DNA of 62,930 nucleotides, filler included, from Folioceros fuciformis (lineage: Eukaryota): the NCBI GenBank assembly GCA_049999805.1. It is 7 parts of 7 records of this genome, joined end to end, with 100 filler letters (N's around TTAATTAATTAA, not from the genome) between each part and the next. Parts side by side here need not be neighbours in the genome. Positions count along the whole stretch, not along the records: positions 1 to 23,292 come from JBNGIO010003572.1; 6 more parts are not named here. The stretch is one strand, 5' to 3'. Below, in pieces: positions 1 through 13,108 of the stretch (positions are counted from its first letter, which is position 1; each line of letters starts with the position of its first letter). The position numbers and the translations under genes are program-made. The notes below the pieces were generated by a model. It was not told the origin of the DNA. It did not search any database and saw nothing but the letters and a program-made list of their open reading frames with translations.

Positions 1-487
1 TCTTCCCACAGCTCTGCTTCATCGGGACTGCCACCTTTACACCTCATGTCCCAATACATTTATCTAAACCTAAAATAAGGGAAACATAACTTTGTTTTAG
101 GTTAATAAACCAAACTACATAAAGAGTTTAGGGTTTAGGGTTTGGAGAAGACTAATTGCTAGGCCTTCAAACCAAGTATTGAAAAGTTTCCCTAATCTCA
201 TCTTTTAGTTGTGAGATGCACAAGACACTCCTTACTACTTGTTTGTTTGAAGTGGTCCAATACCTAGCCTGTTTATAAAATATATTTATTTTATACCTAG
301 CCACATTATTAGTTAGCTATATAAGAGGTAGGCTCGGCGGCCATAAAGCACTTTAAGCTCCTAAGAGGACAAAACAGTTTTCAAAACAATCAAATACTTG
401 ATGTTGCGTCGGTTTCCTAAACATCAGAAAATGATAAGAAAGGCGAGAAACGCGGGAAACATGCAGTAGGTTGGTCATGGCTTGTCG

Positions 488-2479
488 TTAGGATGTCCAA
501 GGCAACTGGCACCGTTTGCTGATGTAACAAATGTGCAGAGATCCTTCCTGATCTGAGAAGGTCACCCATGTGTTGCGGCACAGATCGTCCCTGGCCGTGA
601 GGTAGGGTGCACAGCTGATGTCCTTGCCCGCTTCCTCCCGCATAATTTGCAGCAACCGAGGCGTGAAGACCTGCGGGCTGGCATCTGTCGTGACGCCGTT
701 TAGGGTGAGCTCCCGATAGATGCGGCGGGCGATGGCCAGCAAGCTCTGGATCTGCAGCAAGTCGTCCTCTGTGAGCTCCACGTTCCGGTGGTGGAGAAAG
801 TTCTCCTTGCACTCCGAAGCCGTGGTCATGCACTGCGGGTACGAGAGGCCGTGGAACTTGTTGTCGAGCTTCTGCGGGGTGGCCTGGTCCAGCTGATGGC
901 CGAAGTAGATGAGGCCGGACTGGAGGGCTTGCGTCTCGTACATCCGGTGGAGGGCACGGAACGGGTGCAGCTCAATGAGGATGGAGCCTCCCCGCGACAG
1001 CATGGACGGGTTCACCAGATTCGCGCCGTGCAGCGAAATGCTCACGTCAGCTTGCTGTGCCAGTCTGAATTGCTCTCGGAAGCTCATGTTGCTGAAGCTG
1101 ATGCTCCGGAATGTGAAGCCGTCCGCGGTCTGGAGAAGCTGCGTAAACAGCTGCTCGGATTTTGGGAAGAAGACCCTGCGCCGCCCGTCTCTCCTGATGT
1201 AGGCCAGCACCGGGACCTCCGTCTCCTCCAGCTGGATATCCAGCCATGCCCTGAAGTGCTGTCGCACGATTTGGGGTACCGGCTTGCCTGAAGGATAAAG
1301 CCCCTCCTGGAACATGAAAGCAAACAGTTGTTACTTGCAAGCCGTTACAATCACGCCGACCACGACAACAAATCGGTTCTTTAGGCTAGACACGCATTGA
1401 TGCACCACCTTGAGGAAACCCGGAATTAGAGCCTGATCGAAACAGATGGGCCTGTCCTCCGAGGCCTGCATGAAGGGCTGGCTACCCAAACGAACTCGTC
1501 CTCCAGCTGCCACAATTCCGAGATCGTCAGCGCTGGCCAGGAGGTCTGAGCTTCGAAGCTCCTGCACATCAGGAAAGGGCGAGAGCACCCTGTTGAGAGC
1601 TCCCGCCAAGTACGTGGGAAGAAAGCCGTCTTCATTGCCCCGCCCAGGCACCCACTGCTGCTCTCTACGCAAGCGGTGCAGCACGAAATAGAACCGANNN
1701 NNNNNNNNNNNNNNNNNNNNNNNNNNNNNNNNNNNNNNNNNNNNNNNNNNNNNNNNNNNNNNNNNNNNNNNNNNNNNNNNNNNNNNNNNNNNNNNNNAGA
1801 TGGCATTCACCTTGCCGAGGAAGTGCGCGCAGTTTGCGGTGGACCTGTCCAGATAGATGAAGGAGGAAAGCCCTGTCTCCCAGGTGATGTTGTCGCCTCT
1901 GCTGAAAAACCACTCCTCGTCTCTGGCGTCGAACGGCAAGCCATTCTCTCTCACGAGCATCTTCTGGTACATCGCCAGCCGCGCGGAGTTGTTGCAAGCC
2001 TGGAGACGGAGAGGCGAGTACGCCGGAAGAGTATCAGTCGGCTCCAGACCGTCCTCCTCGCAGGCCACGCTCGGGCCGATGGTCAGGACGTGGCTTCCAT
2101 TGTAGCACAGATTCCGGAACACTCCCACCAGCTGCGTGCTGATGAACGCGGTCGAAAGCACGTACATTCGCAGGGAGGTCTGCCTGCTCAAACCCCGGTC
2201 CGCTAAGGAAACTGAATGCTGGCCATGACTATCCGCAGCTCCAGCTGCAGCGGCAGGAGAGGAATTCCTGTGCCACGACGTCGAGAAACTGGGAATTGAA
2301 AGGTCGAATGCCGCGCCCCCGGGAAAACCCAAGGTCGTCTGGGCCACGGACACATAACTGGAGAGGAAATTAATGCAGACAAAGCACAGAATGACGAACA
2401 GGATCCGCATGAGGAGGCCATCTAAGCGGATCCCCCTCACGGATTTGTCCGCCATCGCCGTCATGGCAGCAGCGGCCAT
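488..2479 (-). CDS. Glycosyltransferase family 61 (DUF563-type), type II membrane protein; 2 exons, intron ~1307-1408; 100-N gap inside exon 1
   Basis: N-terminal signal anchor (ILFVILCFVCINFL). GT61 signature 'MSFREQFRLAQQADVSISLHGANLVN...GSILIELHP'. GT-AG intron AAG|GTGGTG...TTCCAG|GAG joins ORFs 1331-2506 and 488-1315 in frame. Confidence 0.8.
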
Positions 2480-2739
2480 GGGATCGGCATGATGTCTGCA
2501 GTGCACTCCTGACCTGCTTCGCCCTCGTCACCCTTCCTCCGAGCTTGTGGAGTTGGTGGAGCTTGAAGAGCAGAAGAGAAGTGATCTTCTGCATCGCAAT
2601 TGCGACGCGCACGATAACCTTGCGGGCGACATGGCGACGAACACACCTGCAAGCGACCGGCGATAGAATCAGTTGGCAACCGTTTCGGGTTTGGACTGTC
2701 TGCACTGCACGGTCACGGTTTCCTCACGCCAGACTGATT

Positions 2740-2915
2740 GTTCACCGGAGCGTGATTGAAGCCCATGAATATTTGTTGTGTCCTGGGTCGTGGGACAGCA
2801 GGAGGCTCATCGTATCTCTGCAACTGGCGTACAGATTGTCGTTGTGTCAGTGTAATCATGCACGCCTGCTGAAAGTGCAGGGATGAGAATTAGTCTTCAA
2901 TATGAATGATGTCTT
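2740..2915 (+). pseudogene. Possible older PPR relic
   Basis: 'RSVIEAHEY' (resembles GSVxEAxxxF) and 'CNHARLLKVQG*' (resembles CSHAGLVxxG). Confidence 0.3.
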
Positions 2916-3009
2916 CACAACGAATAGCAAGGTATCTTAGAGGCTCGAAGTCCTAAGTGAGACAAGATGCCGCCGGGTGGGAGTGCCGGTCTTCACCGAA
3001 ATGTGGGTA

Positions 3010-6000
3010 TTACGAGCCTGATATGAGTGGGATGTGACTGAGGAAACCCATGACAGGGGCCTGAAGCTGATGCATGGCCAGATAGGCTCCGATCCCCGCG
3101 ACATACCCAGCTAGAGCGAAGCCACTCACCTGTAGACATGCATGTAGAACGTAAGGATATGTGTAAGGGGAAAAAATACAGCTTCGTGAGGAAAGATCCC
3201 TTCGCGGCACAAGGGCCTACCTTTCGGAGGTACCAAAAAAAATCAGCTTTCTCCATGCCCATGAATGCTACTCCGGCGGCAGATCCGATTATTAAAATCG
3301 ATCCCCCTGTGCCCGCACAAAAGGCAATGAGCTGCCAAAGTTCGGCATCCTGTGGGAAAGTGGTCATGTCATACATTCCCATGGTCGCAGCAACCAGCGG
3401 CACGTTGTCCACAACAGCTGATGCAAGGCCGATGGAGCTAGCAATCAGTTCCGTGCTGTGTATATGCTCATCCAGGAAGTTGGCCAACTGTGTCAGAAGT
3501 CCCGCAGACTGCAAGCTGTGAGGCAGCAACACCAAGTCAGAGATACTTGGCAATAAGCCCGATACCAAGTCCAACCACCAGAGCGTGGTCATGAGGGCCA
3601 CAACTGACCTGCCAACAGAAAGCAGTATACCCAGGAAGAACAGCACACCCTGTGTATCGATCCTGGACAGAGCTTGAGGAACCTTCAACTTCTGCCGGTC
3701 AGATTCGCCATAGTGGATTGCATCAGTCAAGAGCCAGAGTGCGCCCAGACCCAGGAGCATGCCGAGGTAGGGGGGCAGTCCTGTTAAGCCTTTGAATACA
3801 GGAACGAAGAGCAGCGCAGCTACGCCGACCGCAAACACCAGCTGCCCCCTTGGTGCCAGTGATTCTGTTGACAACACTGGGCGAGCATCCTGATTCCCTT
3901 CAACTTCACTATACACATCATAATATCACACTTTGTAAGCAAGATGACATGGCATCCGGGCCGCGACTACGGCAAACAAGAAAAACCCAGCAGCACGTTT
4001 CGCGTTTGACGTGATTGTGGCATTGGCAATCAATGCCAGCCAATGCTTGCATACCTTGTGAAAGACATCAACGCAAGTGGCACCACCAAGGCGAGTGCAG
4101 AAGGAATGAAAAGGTCCTGTAGGATACACCAAACAGCAAGGAATCGTTGAATGAGTTGCGGAACAAGGAAACTGATGGCCAAATTGTTGTACAAAGGCAG
4201 ACAACAATAATGCAACACCCAGTACCTGCATAGTTTGTACAGTTGAGATCTGCCCATGAATCCAAAGCATTGTCGTTGTCACATCCCCAATAGGTGTCCA
4301 AGCTCCGCCAGCATTTGCAGCAATGACAACAACGGCACCCAAAAATCTGCAGGCAAATCCGATGCCCATCATGTGAGGTTCCTCAGTTCCGCGATGGATT
4401 TCATTCCAGGATGACAAACTCGTGCTAAATGTCAAGACCGATTGGATGAGGGCCACATACTTTCTGCGCTCTGGATTGGGAACAAGCTTTCGAAGCAAAG
4501 AAACCATGACAATAGTTGATGTCAGATTGTCCAATACTGAACTAAGGAAGAATGTTATTCCACCCACCTGCAAAATGAGACGAGAGCAAGAGCATCAGAC
4601 ACAAGCAGGAATTTCAGGCAAGAAACGTCAATGGATGATGGAACTTGGAAGGGAACTTGTCACGGGCGTGTAAAGCATGTCCACGTGGGCAAAGCCATCC
4701 TCAAATGTAAAGGAAGAGGAGAGAAGCGCACCCTACCACCCAAAGCAGCATACGAGGTTTGCGCGTTGTGATGGCATCGGTCACCAACTTGAAACCTTGG
4801 TGTGCATCAACGATCTCCACAATTGTCATTGCACCTAACAGAAAGAACACAATCTCACTGACTTCCTCTGATGAATCTGACAACTGCTGTACTGCTTCTT
4901 CAGGTGATGAAGCCTGTAAGCCACTCCTATGGATCAGTTCCAAATGACAGCATCAGCATGCATAGTGCTCCATAGACATATTCATCCATGAATCTCGAAA
5001 ATAGTACAAAATAGATGACTGAAGTGACTTACTCCGAGGCTTCGGATAACCCAAAGCGTCACTGCCATGAGCAGTCCCACCCCACTTTTGTTGAATACCA
5101 ATGACTCCTCAAAAATGATCCCAGCATATCCAGCGCAGAATACTAAGGTCATTGCCAGGTTCTGTGGACAGTAAGCATGTGAGCAAGATAAGACAATCTC
5201 ATGAGGCAGGACATCGTTCAAGATCAGCTAGCTTTAGAAATTTCACCAGTCCAATACAACGCAAAGGCACATTATACCTGGTTCTCTGCAACCCACGAGT
5301 GATTTATGATAGCTGCTCCTCCAAGAATTCCCACACCAATAGCAATGGCTTTTAGGAAATCCGTCTTCGGTTTATAGCTGGCCTCAAATTGCAGTGAGCT
5401 CATCTCATCCACAGAACATAAGGGATCACAGGTTCCCTCGGCAGACTCCATCTCCTGCGAGTCATAATATGTACAACTTCGTGGTCAGTTCTTCGTTCGA
5501 CGGCAACACCACTGACCAATTTGTGTGGAGAGCGGGCAAGCCACGCACTTCTGCCTTCCTACCATCCACTGCAGCCTACACGCTGCACCACACCGCCCCC
5601 CCCCCCAAAAGCAAAGAAGAGGGGGAATAACGTCCATTCAGCTGGTAGCCAATTTGGTGTGCACAATTCAGCGACAGCACATTTTCAAATCATCCCATCC
5701 ACACAAAATGGCCACACATTGGCTGCTCACGTGGGGGGAAATTGAAAACATGGCAGCAGAAGACGTCACACACTGCCTCTCACCTGATTACGACCAATGT
5801 CCTTGCTGCCATCCTCCCGCTCCACCGAAGAAGCCCTGACAGAGACATCCAAAGGCTGTCTCTGAAAAGGAAGGCCGCCGAAGGAGCGATCCGAACCAAA
5901 ATTGCCTCCAAGAAGCCATGGGAATTGTCTGACATGATGCTGGCCTTGCACTCCAACCGGAGACGTAGCAGCCCGCTGACGAAAGGAGTGTCTCAAGACG

Positions 6001-6122
6001 GGGAAGTGCGCTGCTGCCCTCGCAGCTGGTTGAGCCAGTTCACTGGGAGACGAGAAAAGAGGAGAAAGATGCGGCGAGCCTGCGAAGGCCGCGGCTGCCG
6101 GGTTCAGGCGCTGCGAGGCCAT
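3010..6122 (-). CDS. NHD1: Plastid NhaD-type Na+/H+ antiporter (multi-exon)
   Basis: Exons encode 'GIIFEESLVFNKSGVGLLMAV', 'EIVFFLLGAMTIVEIVDAHQGF', 'LDNLTSTIVMVSLLRKL', 'AANAGGAWTPIGDVTTTMLW', 'DNVPLVAATMGMY', 'AGTGGSILIIGSAAGVAFMGME'. The N-terminus is Ser/Ala-rich and transit-peptide-like; the start codon is approximate. Confidence 0.92.
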
Positions 6123-6529
6123 GGAATTCGGCGCTGCTGCCAGCATCACGGACCAATGCGATAGCAAGGACGAGAACACTGGTCTCCAAGGAGACGCAAA
6201 GTCCCTCACCCTCCACTCCGAAGGCGTTTCCTGTGTGCACCACAGCAGTTTTCGTTTCTTGAGAATATCAGGAGGCGAAGTACGGCGAGGCTCGGCCCAG
6301 CGTTGATGACGAAGTACGTGCCGTGTCATGCCCGCCCCAACAAGGAGGCCATCGAAATTCAATCGTGAAATGTCCAAGATCTTTTGTATATTAGTTTGAG
6401 GCGTAATTTGGAGCTCAAAATATGACAAGCAAGCTGTGCAGTCGCCTGTCTCAGCTAAGCAACTTTGCTGAACTGCCGTCTTTCGGCGTTAAGAGTGGAA
6501 TCGAAACTAGAGACTTTGCATGTACCGAA

Positions 6530-7981
6530 TCAACCTAGACCAACTCCTGCGGCTTGTTTGGGCCTGGCATCAGGTTTAATTCTGCCCGGCCTGATGATGC
6601 GGTCGATCAAACCATAGTCCAACGCTTCCTGAGCACTGAATCGTTTTATTCGATTCAAATCCTTAGTCACCTGTTGCAAACCAGACGCGAGTGATGTGAA
6701 TTCGCGTCTCCACAACTCGTACAAGCAATGGTGCAGTGACGAACGCTCAGCATACATGTAGCCTCACCTTTTCCAACGGCTGGCCGGTCTTTTTGGCGAG
6801 TTCTTGGAACACGTAAGACCTCACCCGGCTGAGCTCCTTTGCCTCGTTCTGAATGTCATCAGCCTGTGGTGGCCAGCACGCAAACAACATGACAGGCAGG
6901 TGTTAGTGAAGGTCCTTCATTCATATGAACTGGCAGAGAAGATCAACCTGCTAGCAACAGTAAAGGTTGTACTCACCTGCCCCCGAGCTGCTCCTGCTGG
7001 CGATTGCAGCGCAATTCTCGTCAACGGCATAGCTGCCCTCAAACCCTGCACCAGACAAAGTCACTTCACTACACAACCCTTTGATTGCTTCAAGAATAGA
7101 CTCCCCGCAGCGTTGCGGTTACCTTGGCACCAGCAGCCAGCAAAAATCCAGCATTGTTATACGCATAGCCCAGCGCCAAAGTTCCAACTGGACTTTTTAT
7201 GCTCTCCATGGTATCGTAGAGTGCTAAGCAGGGGGTGATCTGCAGGTTCGAATGAATGATGAATCAAAATAGACCTCAATACTCACTCGCTCAGGAACTC
7301 AGCAGGGCACGGCAGCTCCACCTACATCGCCTCCAGGGCCGTTTAGGTATAGGTAGAGGGCCTTGCTATTGTCGATGCTGTCAAGATAGAGCATTGTCGC
7401 CAGAATCTGGTTCCCAAACTCCTCATCCACATGCTGGCCGACAAATATGATGCGCTCTCGGTACTGCCAAGGCAAAAGCAGGCAGCTCAGCAGAGTACCA
7501 CAACAGAGGGGAAGGGAAAGGGCAAGCGCCTCCTCTGACTGACGGGAGCTCATGAGAGGCGTCACGTACGAGCACATTCCAAATGTCGACCCACTGCCAG
7601 CCTCCTTCCCCAGGGGTTCGATAGGGTACTTTAGGGGTCCCAATTGGCATCATGGTCACTCGCGCACGACAGGCGCCCCTGCTGCTGCTGCTTGCCCTAC
7701 ACCAGGGTGCAAATCCACAGTTTCAGCTACGTTGCAGAGCGCATGGGGGACAGCACATCGGCAGGAAGCAGGAGGGCAGAACCCAGCCAGCACTACCTCT
7801 TACATGTATCCTGCACGCTTTCATGGAGACTGATAGGTTGCTGACTCCTGCTTGGGATCCGCACATGCCCCAACCCCGACCAAGCCGCACTCGCCCCATT
7901 CGCTGAAGAGGAACAGGAAGCAGCACCGGTGCGGGATGAAGCTGACACCACCAGAGAGCGTGGAGAGGCCGCGTTCGCCAT
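6530..7981 (-). CDS. CLPR2: Plastid Clp protease non-catalytic subunit ClpR2 (multi-exon)
   Basis: '[57 protein letters not shown]...NGPGGD' and C-terminal '[26 protein letters not shown]...GLG*' match plant ClpR2. Confidence 0.9.
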
Positions 7982-8309
7982 AGCTTCAACTGGCCACGGC
8001 CTCGTTTCCACCCTCAAGAGTTTCACTTTCCTGTCTACCTCAGTACCTAGTTAAAACTGGTGGTCCTACTTTCACACTAACTTGCCTAATACTTATGCCC
8101 CTTTTCGATTGTAATACTGAATGTATTTGGGATTCCATGAAGCAGCCGGTCAACCGCGGTACACGGGACGGTAATACCAGAGGATATACGAACTAAATTC
8201 TGCCGGTTCTCCAACAGCCACGAAGAAGCAAATGCTATTCCCTAACAAGCAAGAGTGGATAAGCGACATAAGGTTAGGGAATGGATCTACCACAATCTTC
8301 CATAACCTA

Positions 8310-8560
8310 AATTTTAACGCAGGAATAGGATGACCCAATTTGCAACTCGACTTTGTGCACGAGCTGAGAACCGGTTTTGGCATTTGGCCTTCTGAAGACT
8401 TCTGCCGGGACGAGTCTCGTCGTGGACAAAGAATTGCAATCAATCTCACAGCGACACTTACATGAAGTGGACACACTCTTTTCAGAGCGCGCGTCACTTC
8501 AAGGATGGCCTGTACGGTTTGAGGAGCATTGCCTCTGGACGGATCAAACTACCCACAGCT
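8310..8560 (+). pseudogene. Possible older PPR relic
   Basis: 'AFGLLKTSAGTSLVVDKELQSISQRHLHEVDTLF' resembles L motif TFxxLLKAC...GKELH...G.E.D.F; followed by 'FEEHCLWT'. Confidence 0.38.
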
Positions 8561-8754
8561 TACGGACCATGTACATATTAAGTCCCAAGAGGCAGCAAGC
8601 TGCACAACTGTCAGGCCAGTATTCCTACTCTGCACTGTACGCTAAGCCTAATAGTGAAAAGTACAAGAGACTACAGATGTATGTGGTTACTCCCTCCGCA
8701 GTTACCTTGACCACACGACCTCCTTCCTCGACGATCTCTGTAACAGTAAAGAAG

Positions 8755-9045
8755 AACAAAGCTTCCTTTGGGCAGATTGGATTGTCGGGGAAGGAACGCG
8801 TTGTCTCTCCTCAATGTCCAGCAGTGTCCGTCCTGGCCGACGGGTGACAATCCCATACTGAGAAAACAAAGCAAAATCTGTGCTCCCAAGACTACACTAC
8901 TGCAAAAGCAGGGTGACTTTAGCCAAGGGTGACATAGGCTACCTAGTAGTTAGTTCTTGGGTGGTCAATTGTGGCTACACACAACTCGTGGCACACAAAG
9001 GTGCCGACTTGTCACGGTTGCGTTGCCAATTTAGCCTTCTAAAGG
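8755..9045 (+). pseudogene. Degraded inverted partial copy of COBRA immediately downstream of the COBRA stop codon
   Basis: The plus strand reads 'SWVVNCGYTQLVAHK' versus exon 4 'TWNVTCVYTQLVAQK'. 8975-9012 matches the reverse complement of 9963-9999 at 34/38 nt. A weaker match is 'ASFGQIGLSG' versus 'AAFQLAVGRAG' at ~8761. Confidence 0.7.
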
Positions 9046-9054
9046 TTAGGGTGG

Positions 9055-11014
9055 TCAAGAAGCGAGAACTAGAAGAAAGGTTAGAGTGGACGAGCCCATC
9101 ATGAGGAGGCTAGTAATTATTGCAGAACGCCCACTAATGTGCTGTGAGAGGGCTGCGCTGGGCAGTTGAGGATAGTCATCGGGATCAGGTAGCACGCAGT
9201 TATCACCGTTGAAGTAGATCCTGCGAGGGAACGCCCAACCTTGTTTGAATGTAAAGCTCGAAGGATCCTTCCGGAAAAGAATCTCCGACTGCACATTTCC
9301 GTCAGGCCCAGCAGATATCAGCATATCGTTGAAGTACTTCAAGCCATAGAACACGGCTGTGTCGTCTGCAAGACATACAGCCATTTTCAGTGACTAGTAC
9401 TGTGAGTTAAAGCATTGGATACGACGTTGACACAGCCCTGCTGTCAGGAGAAAAAAAACGAAACGAGAAGAAAGACGGGACATCGTACTTGTATCGCCGT
9501 AAGGAGAAATGCCCTTGTAGGTAAAACTGAAGGCCTGAGTGAAGTTGTCAAAGTTGGGATGCTGGGCCACAATGTTCCACTGTGTAAAGTTTTTGAAAAG
9601 GTTCCTATTGGTGATAGTGATCTTAACTCTCCAGTGTTCCACATAGTTGGCCTTGATATGCCAGTGTATTCTGATTGGGCACATATCGTTGGTGCAGTAG
9701 AGGCCAGGACTCTTTGAGCCGCTACTACGGGCAGTGGCAACAGCATACTGATCAGTCCTGCACGCACAGAAAAAGTAGTACGACTTCAGTGGCATTGAAA
9801 GGGGATGACACAGCATGGAGGAAACAGAGGGGACCTGAGGTCGTCTTACGCTTCCACACAAGTCGGCGAAGCAGACAGGCTGGTGATGTTTGCTTGGCAA
9901 GCACAGGAGCATGTTTGACAAGGGACAATTGCGTCGTTGTAGAAGGCTGAGTAGGAGACGCAACAAGTCGGCGCCTTCTGTGCAACGAGTTGTGTGTAGA
10001 CACAGGTGACATTCCAGGTCACTGCATGCCAATACCATGAGGAAAAGGAGGTGAGACAGTGGCTTGGTGAGCAGGCGTTGCAATGCATCCGTGCACACAG
10101 TAGCGGCAGGAGAACTTACTAAGAGCTTGCGCAAACCTTCTACCGTCAGGGGACGGGAACAGTGTCTGCTTGCCAAGCACAGCGGGCCCACAGGTGTAAC
10201 CGGGACCAGGTGTAGCCAAATTGAAGTTTATGGGCAGCTGCACGGTGGTGTTGGATGTACCCGCCCGACCCACAGCAAGCTGAAAGGCAGCCACAGATTG
10301 GGCGGGGTCCTGCAAGTAGGAGGAAAGGACGCCGCCCCGGCAGCAGTTGCCAATCTGACTGTTGTAGGGCACTCCCGGTAGCAAGTCGACGATCTGCGGA
10401 TCTCGCTTGCAGGAGTGCGGCAAGACACCGGTGTGGAACTCGGAGCAATCCCCCTGCATGGTGGCCTGCGCACCCACCATGGACCAGATCACCTCATCCT
10501 GGGCCCAGCTCCACCCCAGGATCCATCCCGGCAACTGGATGTGGCGGTAGAGTTGGAAATTGTACATGGTGACCTCGGCCTGCAGCAGGAAAGGAATACA
10601 ACACCCATCATGCATGATGCAGTGCATCGAATTGCACCCTCAAGGCCACTGGCCGCGACAAGACGAAGGGAGGGAAGGAAAGACGAAAGCAGCTTACCAC
10701 ATAACCGTCGGCAGTCCAGGCCCTGACATCCCACTTGATGGTGATGCTGCCGTGAGGATCCAAGGCATCAAAAGCATCTGCAACGGCGGAGGGAGCGAGG
10801 TAGGGTGAGCAGTAGGAAGAGGAGGAGGCATTTAGGTCCTCAGATGCAGGACCTCAATGGTGGGAACGAGGAACGAGTGAGCGTTGGATGACAACTGACC
10901 AAGCCTGGAAGGGAACGTCCAGAGGAGGAGAGAGAGGAGGAGGAGGAGCAACAACGGTGAGGCTGCTGCTGGAGATTGTGGCAAGAAGGACAACGAGGAT
11001 GAAGAGGTGGCCAT
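9055..11014 (-). CDS. COB: COBRA-family GPI-anchored protein (about 6 exons)
   Basis: Signal peptide, 'DALDPHGSITIKWD', 'NFQLYRHIQLPGWILGW', 'NCCRGGVL', 'TWNVTCVYTQ...PTCCVS', 'HMCP-like NDMCPIRIHWH', 'GWAFPRRIYFNGDNCVLP', and a hydrophobic GPI tail. Confidence 0.93.
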
Positions 11015-11719
11015 TCCTCGTTCCTGTTGCTTCCTCACTCGCGCGCCGCTCTACTCGCGACAAGCCGCCCCGCTCGACCCTGCTCCCACCAGCTCGATAC
11101 TCCGCCACCCCGTTCGCTGCTCCAACCACCCGTAGTACCCGTCTGTCCTCCAATTCCACTGTAGTACCTACCACACCACTGAATACTGGTGCTTGCTTCC
11201 CAGCTCGGCTCTGCTCCAACCACCCGTGGTACCCGTCCCTGCCTTTCTCCTGGGAGCAATACCTACCACTATCACCCAATGCGCTTCTACTCCTTCGCGT
11301 CGTCCCTCCTCCTTTTCTTTGTGTGTCGAAACCCTAAATGAGAGCCTCGCTTCACGACAGGAGCCTTGGGCCTAGGAGGAAGAGCTTCACGACAGGAGCC
11401 TTGCGCCTAGGAGGAGCAGCAGGCGCAGGCGCGAGCCTCCATGCCGCTCCTCCAGCTCCAAGCGTGCGCATCGTTGTTCGCAACGGCTGATGGAAGATTG
11501 TGTGCGCCCGCGCCATAGACCCCGTGGTTCAGCACCGCGCAATGATATGCGGGGCGTGCGCCGAGATGATGCTCGGCGGACGCCCCGCACTCCCAGCCTT
11601 AGCCGGACACACCCGGTGTTTGCCCCAACACCGGTGTGTTTGCATGTCGGCGTCGCTGCTGCTCCACACAACCTGGTCACCTTCGCGTGCCATCGTTGTG
11701 GATCTGCTCCACGCCATGC

Positions 11720-11985
11720 TCCCCCATGCGCACATTCTGCAGCACCGACAGGAAGGAGGCCGGGACTGGAGACTTGCCAACTGCCTGGTGGACTGGTACG
11801 CCGAAGTGCGGCAGCTTGAGAGATGGACGCGCCGTGTGGGAGTCTAACTCCTTGCCCTTGACGGAAGGCACGGGGTGCCATGGACGGCCAGGAAGATGAG
11901 GCCCTGTGCCTCTGGGCACGCAGGGCATAGCGTGGGTGGTGAAATTGTGTCTCTTTTCGCGGCTTCTGGTCACTCCTTGCCCATT
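11720..11985 (+). pseudogene. Frameshifted PLS-PPR relic
   Basis: GCCAACTGCCTGGTGGACTGGTACGCCGAAGTGCGGCAGCTTGAGAGATG reads ANCLVD-YA-KCGSL-D across indels. It is flanked by 'HAHI', 'PWTA' and 'DEALCLW'. Confidence 0.65.
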
Positions 11986-12354
11986 CTCTACATTATCTGT
12001 GTCCGCATCTGTCGTTCTAAGGTGAAAGTTCACTCACTTTTGCTGTCAAAGAATTTTAAACAAATATGTATCGACCAACCACGATGTTTGGACAGTGTGC
12101 CGGACAATGAAGGCTCCTGGGGCTGCGGTCTAAAAATAAGAACCCACGAGCGGGGGCTTTCCACTTGGTCCCATCTCCATTGCCGGTTGCCCTTTACATA
12201 CAGGTGAACTCCCTTTCGTCCGAAGCCACCAAATTGATAGCATTAACCTACAGCTGAGGGCCAGTGAACTTTTGGCTAACAGATCAAAGCAAGGCAAAGA
12301 AATCACTGAGGGTACTGGAAAGTGAGGTCGTGGGGCAAGAGGCGCTCTCCTGTC

Positions 12355-12924
12355 ATGGAGACATTCGCGCTCGTGGCTGAGGCCATGGACGAGGTTTTGG
12401 CCGTGTTCAAAGAATCGCGGTGGGGAGATCCTGCCAAGGAGTTGGTGCGGGAGGTGTTGCAGGCCTCGTCAGGCCATGTTGTTGTCTGCGGGGTGGGCCG
12501 CGAGGGCCTCATGATCAAGGCCTTCGCCATGAGGCTGTTTCACCTAGGACTCAGCGCGCACTGCGCAGGAGACATGAGCACCCCGGCCATTGGCCACGGG
12601 GACCTGCTGGTGGCCAGCGCTGGCCCCGGAAGCTTCTCCACTGTGGACGCCTTAATATCCACAGCACGGGCGGCCGGGGCGCGGGTGCTTCTGCTCACAG
12701 CTCAGCCGGAAGGGAGCGCGGCCCGAGCAGCGGATGCGCTGGCAGTGCTTCCAGCACAGACCATGGCGGACGACTCCGCTGAGCAGCCCCGACATGTTCT
12801 GCCCATGGGGAGCGCCTATGAAGGGGCCCTCTTCTTTCTGTTTGAAGTAGTCGTGCTACGGTTGAGGGACTCGCTCCGCCAAACCCCTGAGAGCATGCGC
12901 GCAAGGCACACAAACCTCGAGTAG
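12355..12924 (+). CDS. SIS-domain sugar isomerase (6-phospho-3-hexuloisomerase/HxlB-like), intronless
   Basis: 'GVGREGLMIKAFAMRLFHLG', 'GDMSTPAIGHGDLLVASAGPG', 'LPMGSAYE', C-terminal 'RHTNLE*'. Confidence 0.9.
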   Translation: METFALVAEAMDEVLAVFKESRWGDPAKELVREVLQASSGHVVVCGVGREGLMIKAFAMRLFHLGLSAHCAGDMSTPAIGHGDLLVASAGPGSFSTVDALISTARAAGARVLLLTAQPEGSAARAADALAVLPAQTMADDSAEQPRHVLPMGSAYEGALFFLFEVVVLRLRDSLRQTPESMRARHTNLE

Positions 12925-13108
12925 ATGCATCGAAGTCAGTTGATTTAGCGGGGACCAACTTCAATAAGGCAGCAAAGTACGCTACCAACCAACCTGGGTG
13001 TTGTAGCGCACTGAAAGTGATCATGCTCAGGCAGAGCTTTCTCTGCCTCGATACTGCAACAGAGCGTCACCTCTGAAGCGTGACTAGTAGATACCTGGAT
13101 GATGCCTT

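Noticed and set aside
3010-7981. NHD1-ClpR2 as a plastid-function gene cluster or operon
   Set aside because: Two adjacent plastid-targeted genes are expected by chance in a gene-dense genome.
12355-12924. Intronless PHI-like gene as recent bacterial HGT or contamination
   Set aside because: Land plants have a conserved SIS protein with this RHTNLE ending, and the gene sits among intron-containing plant genes.
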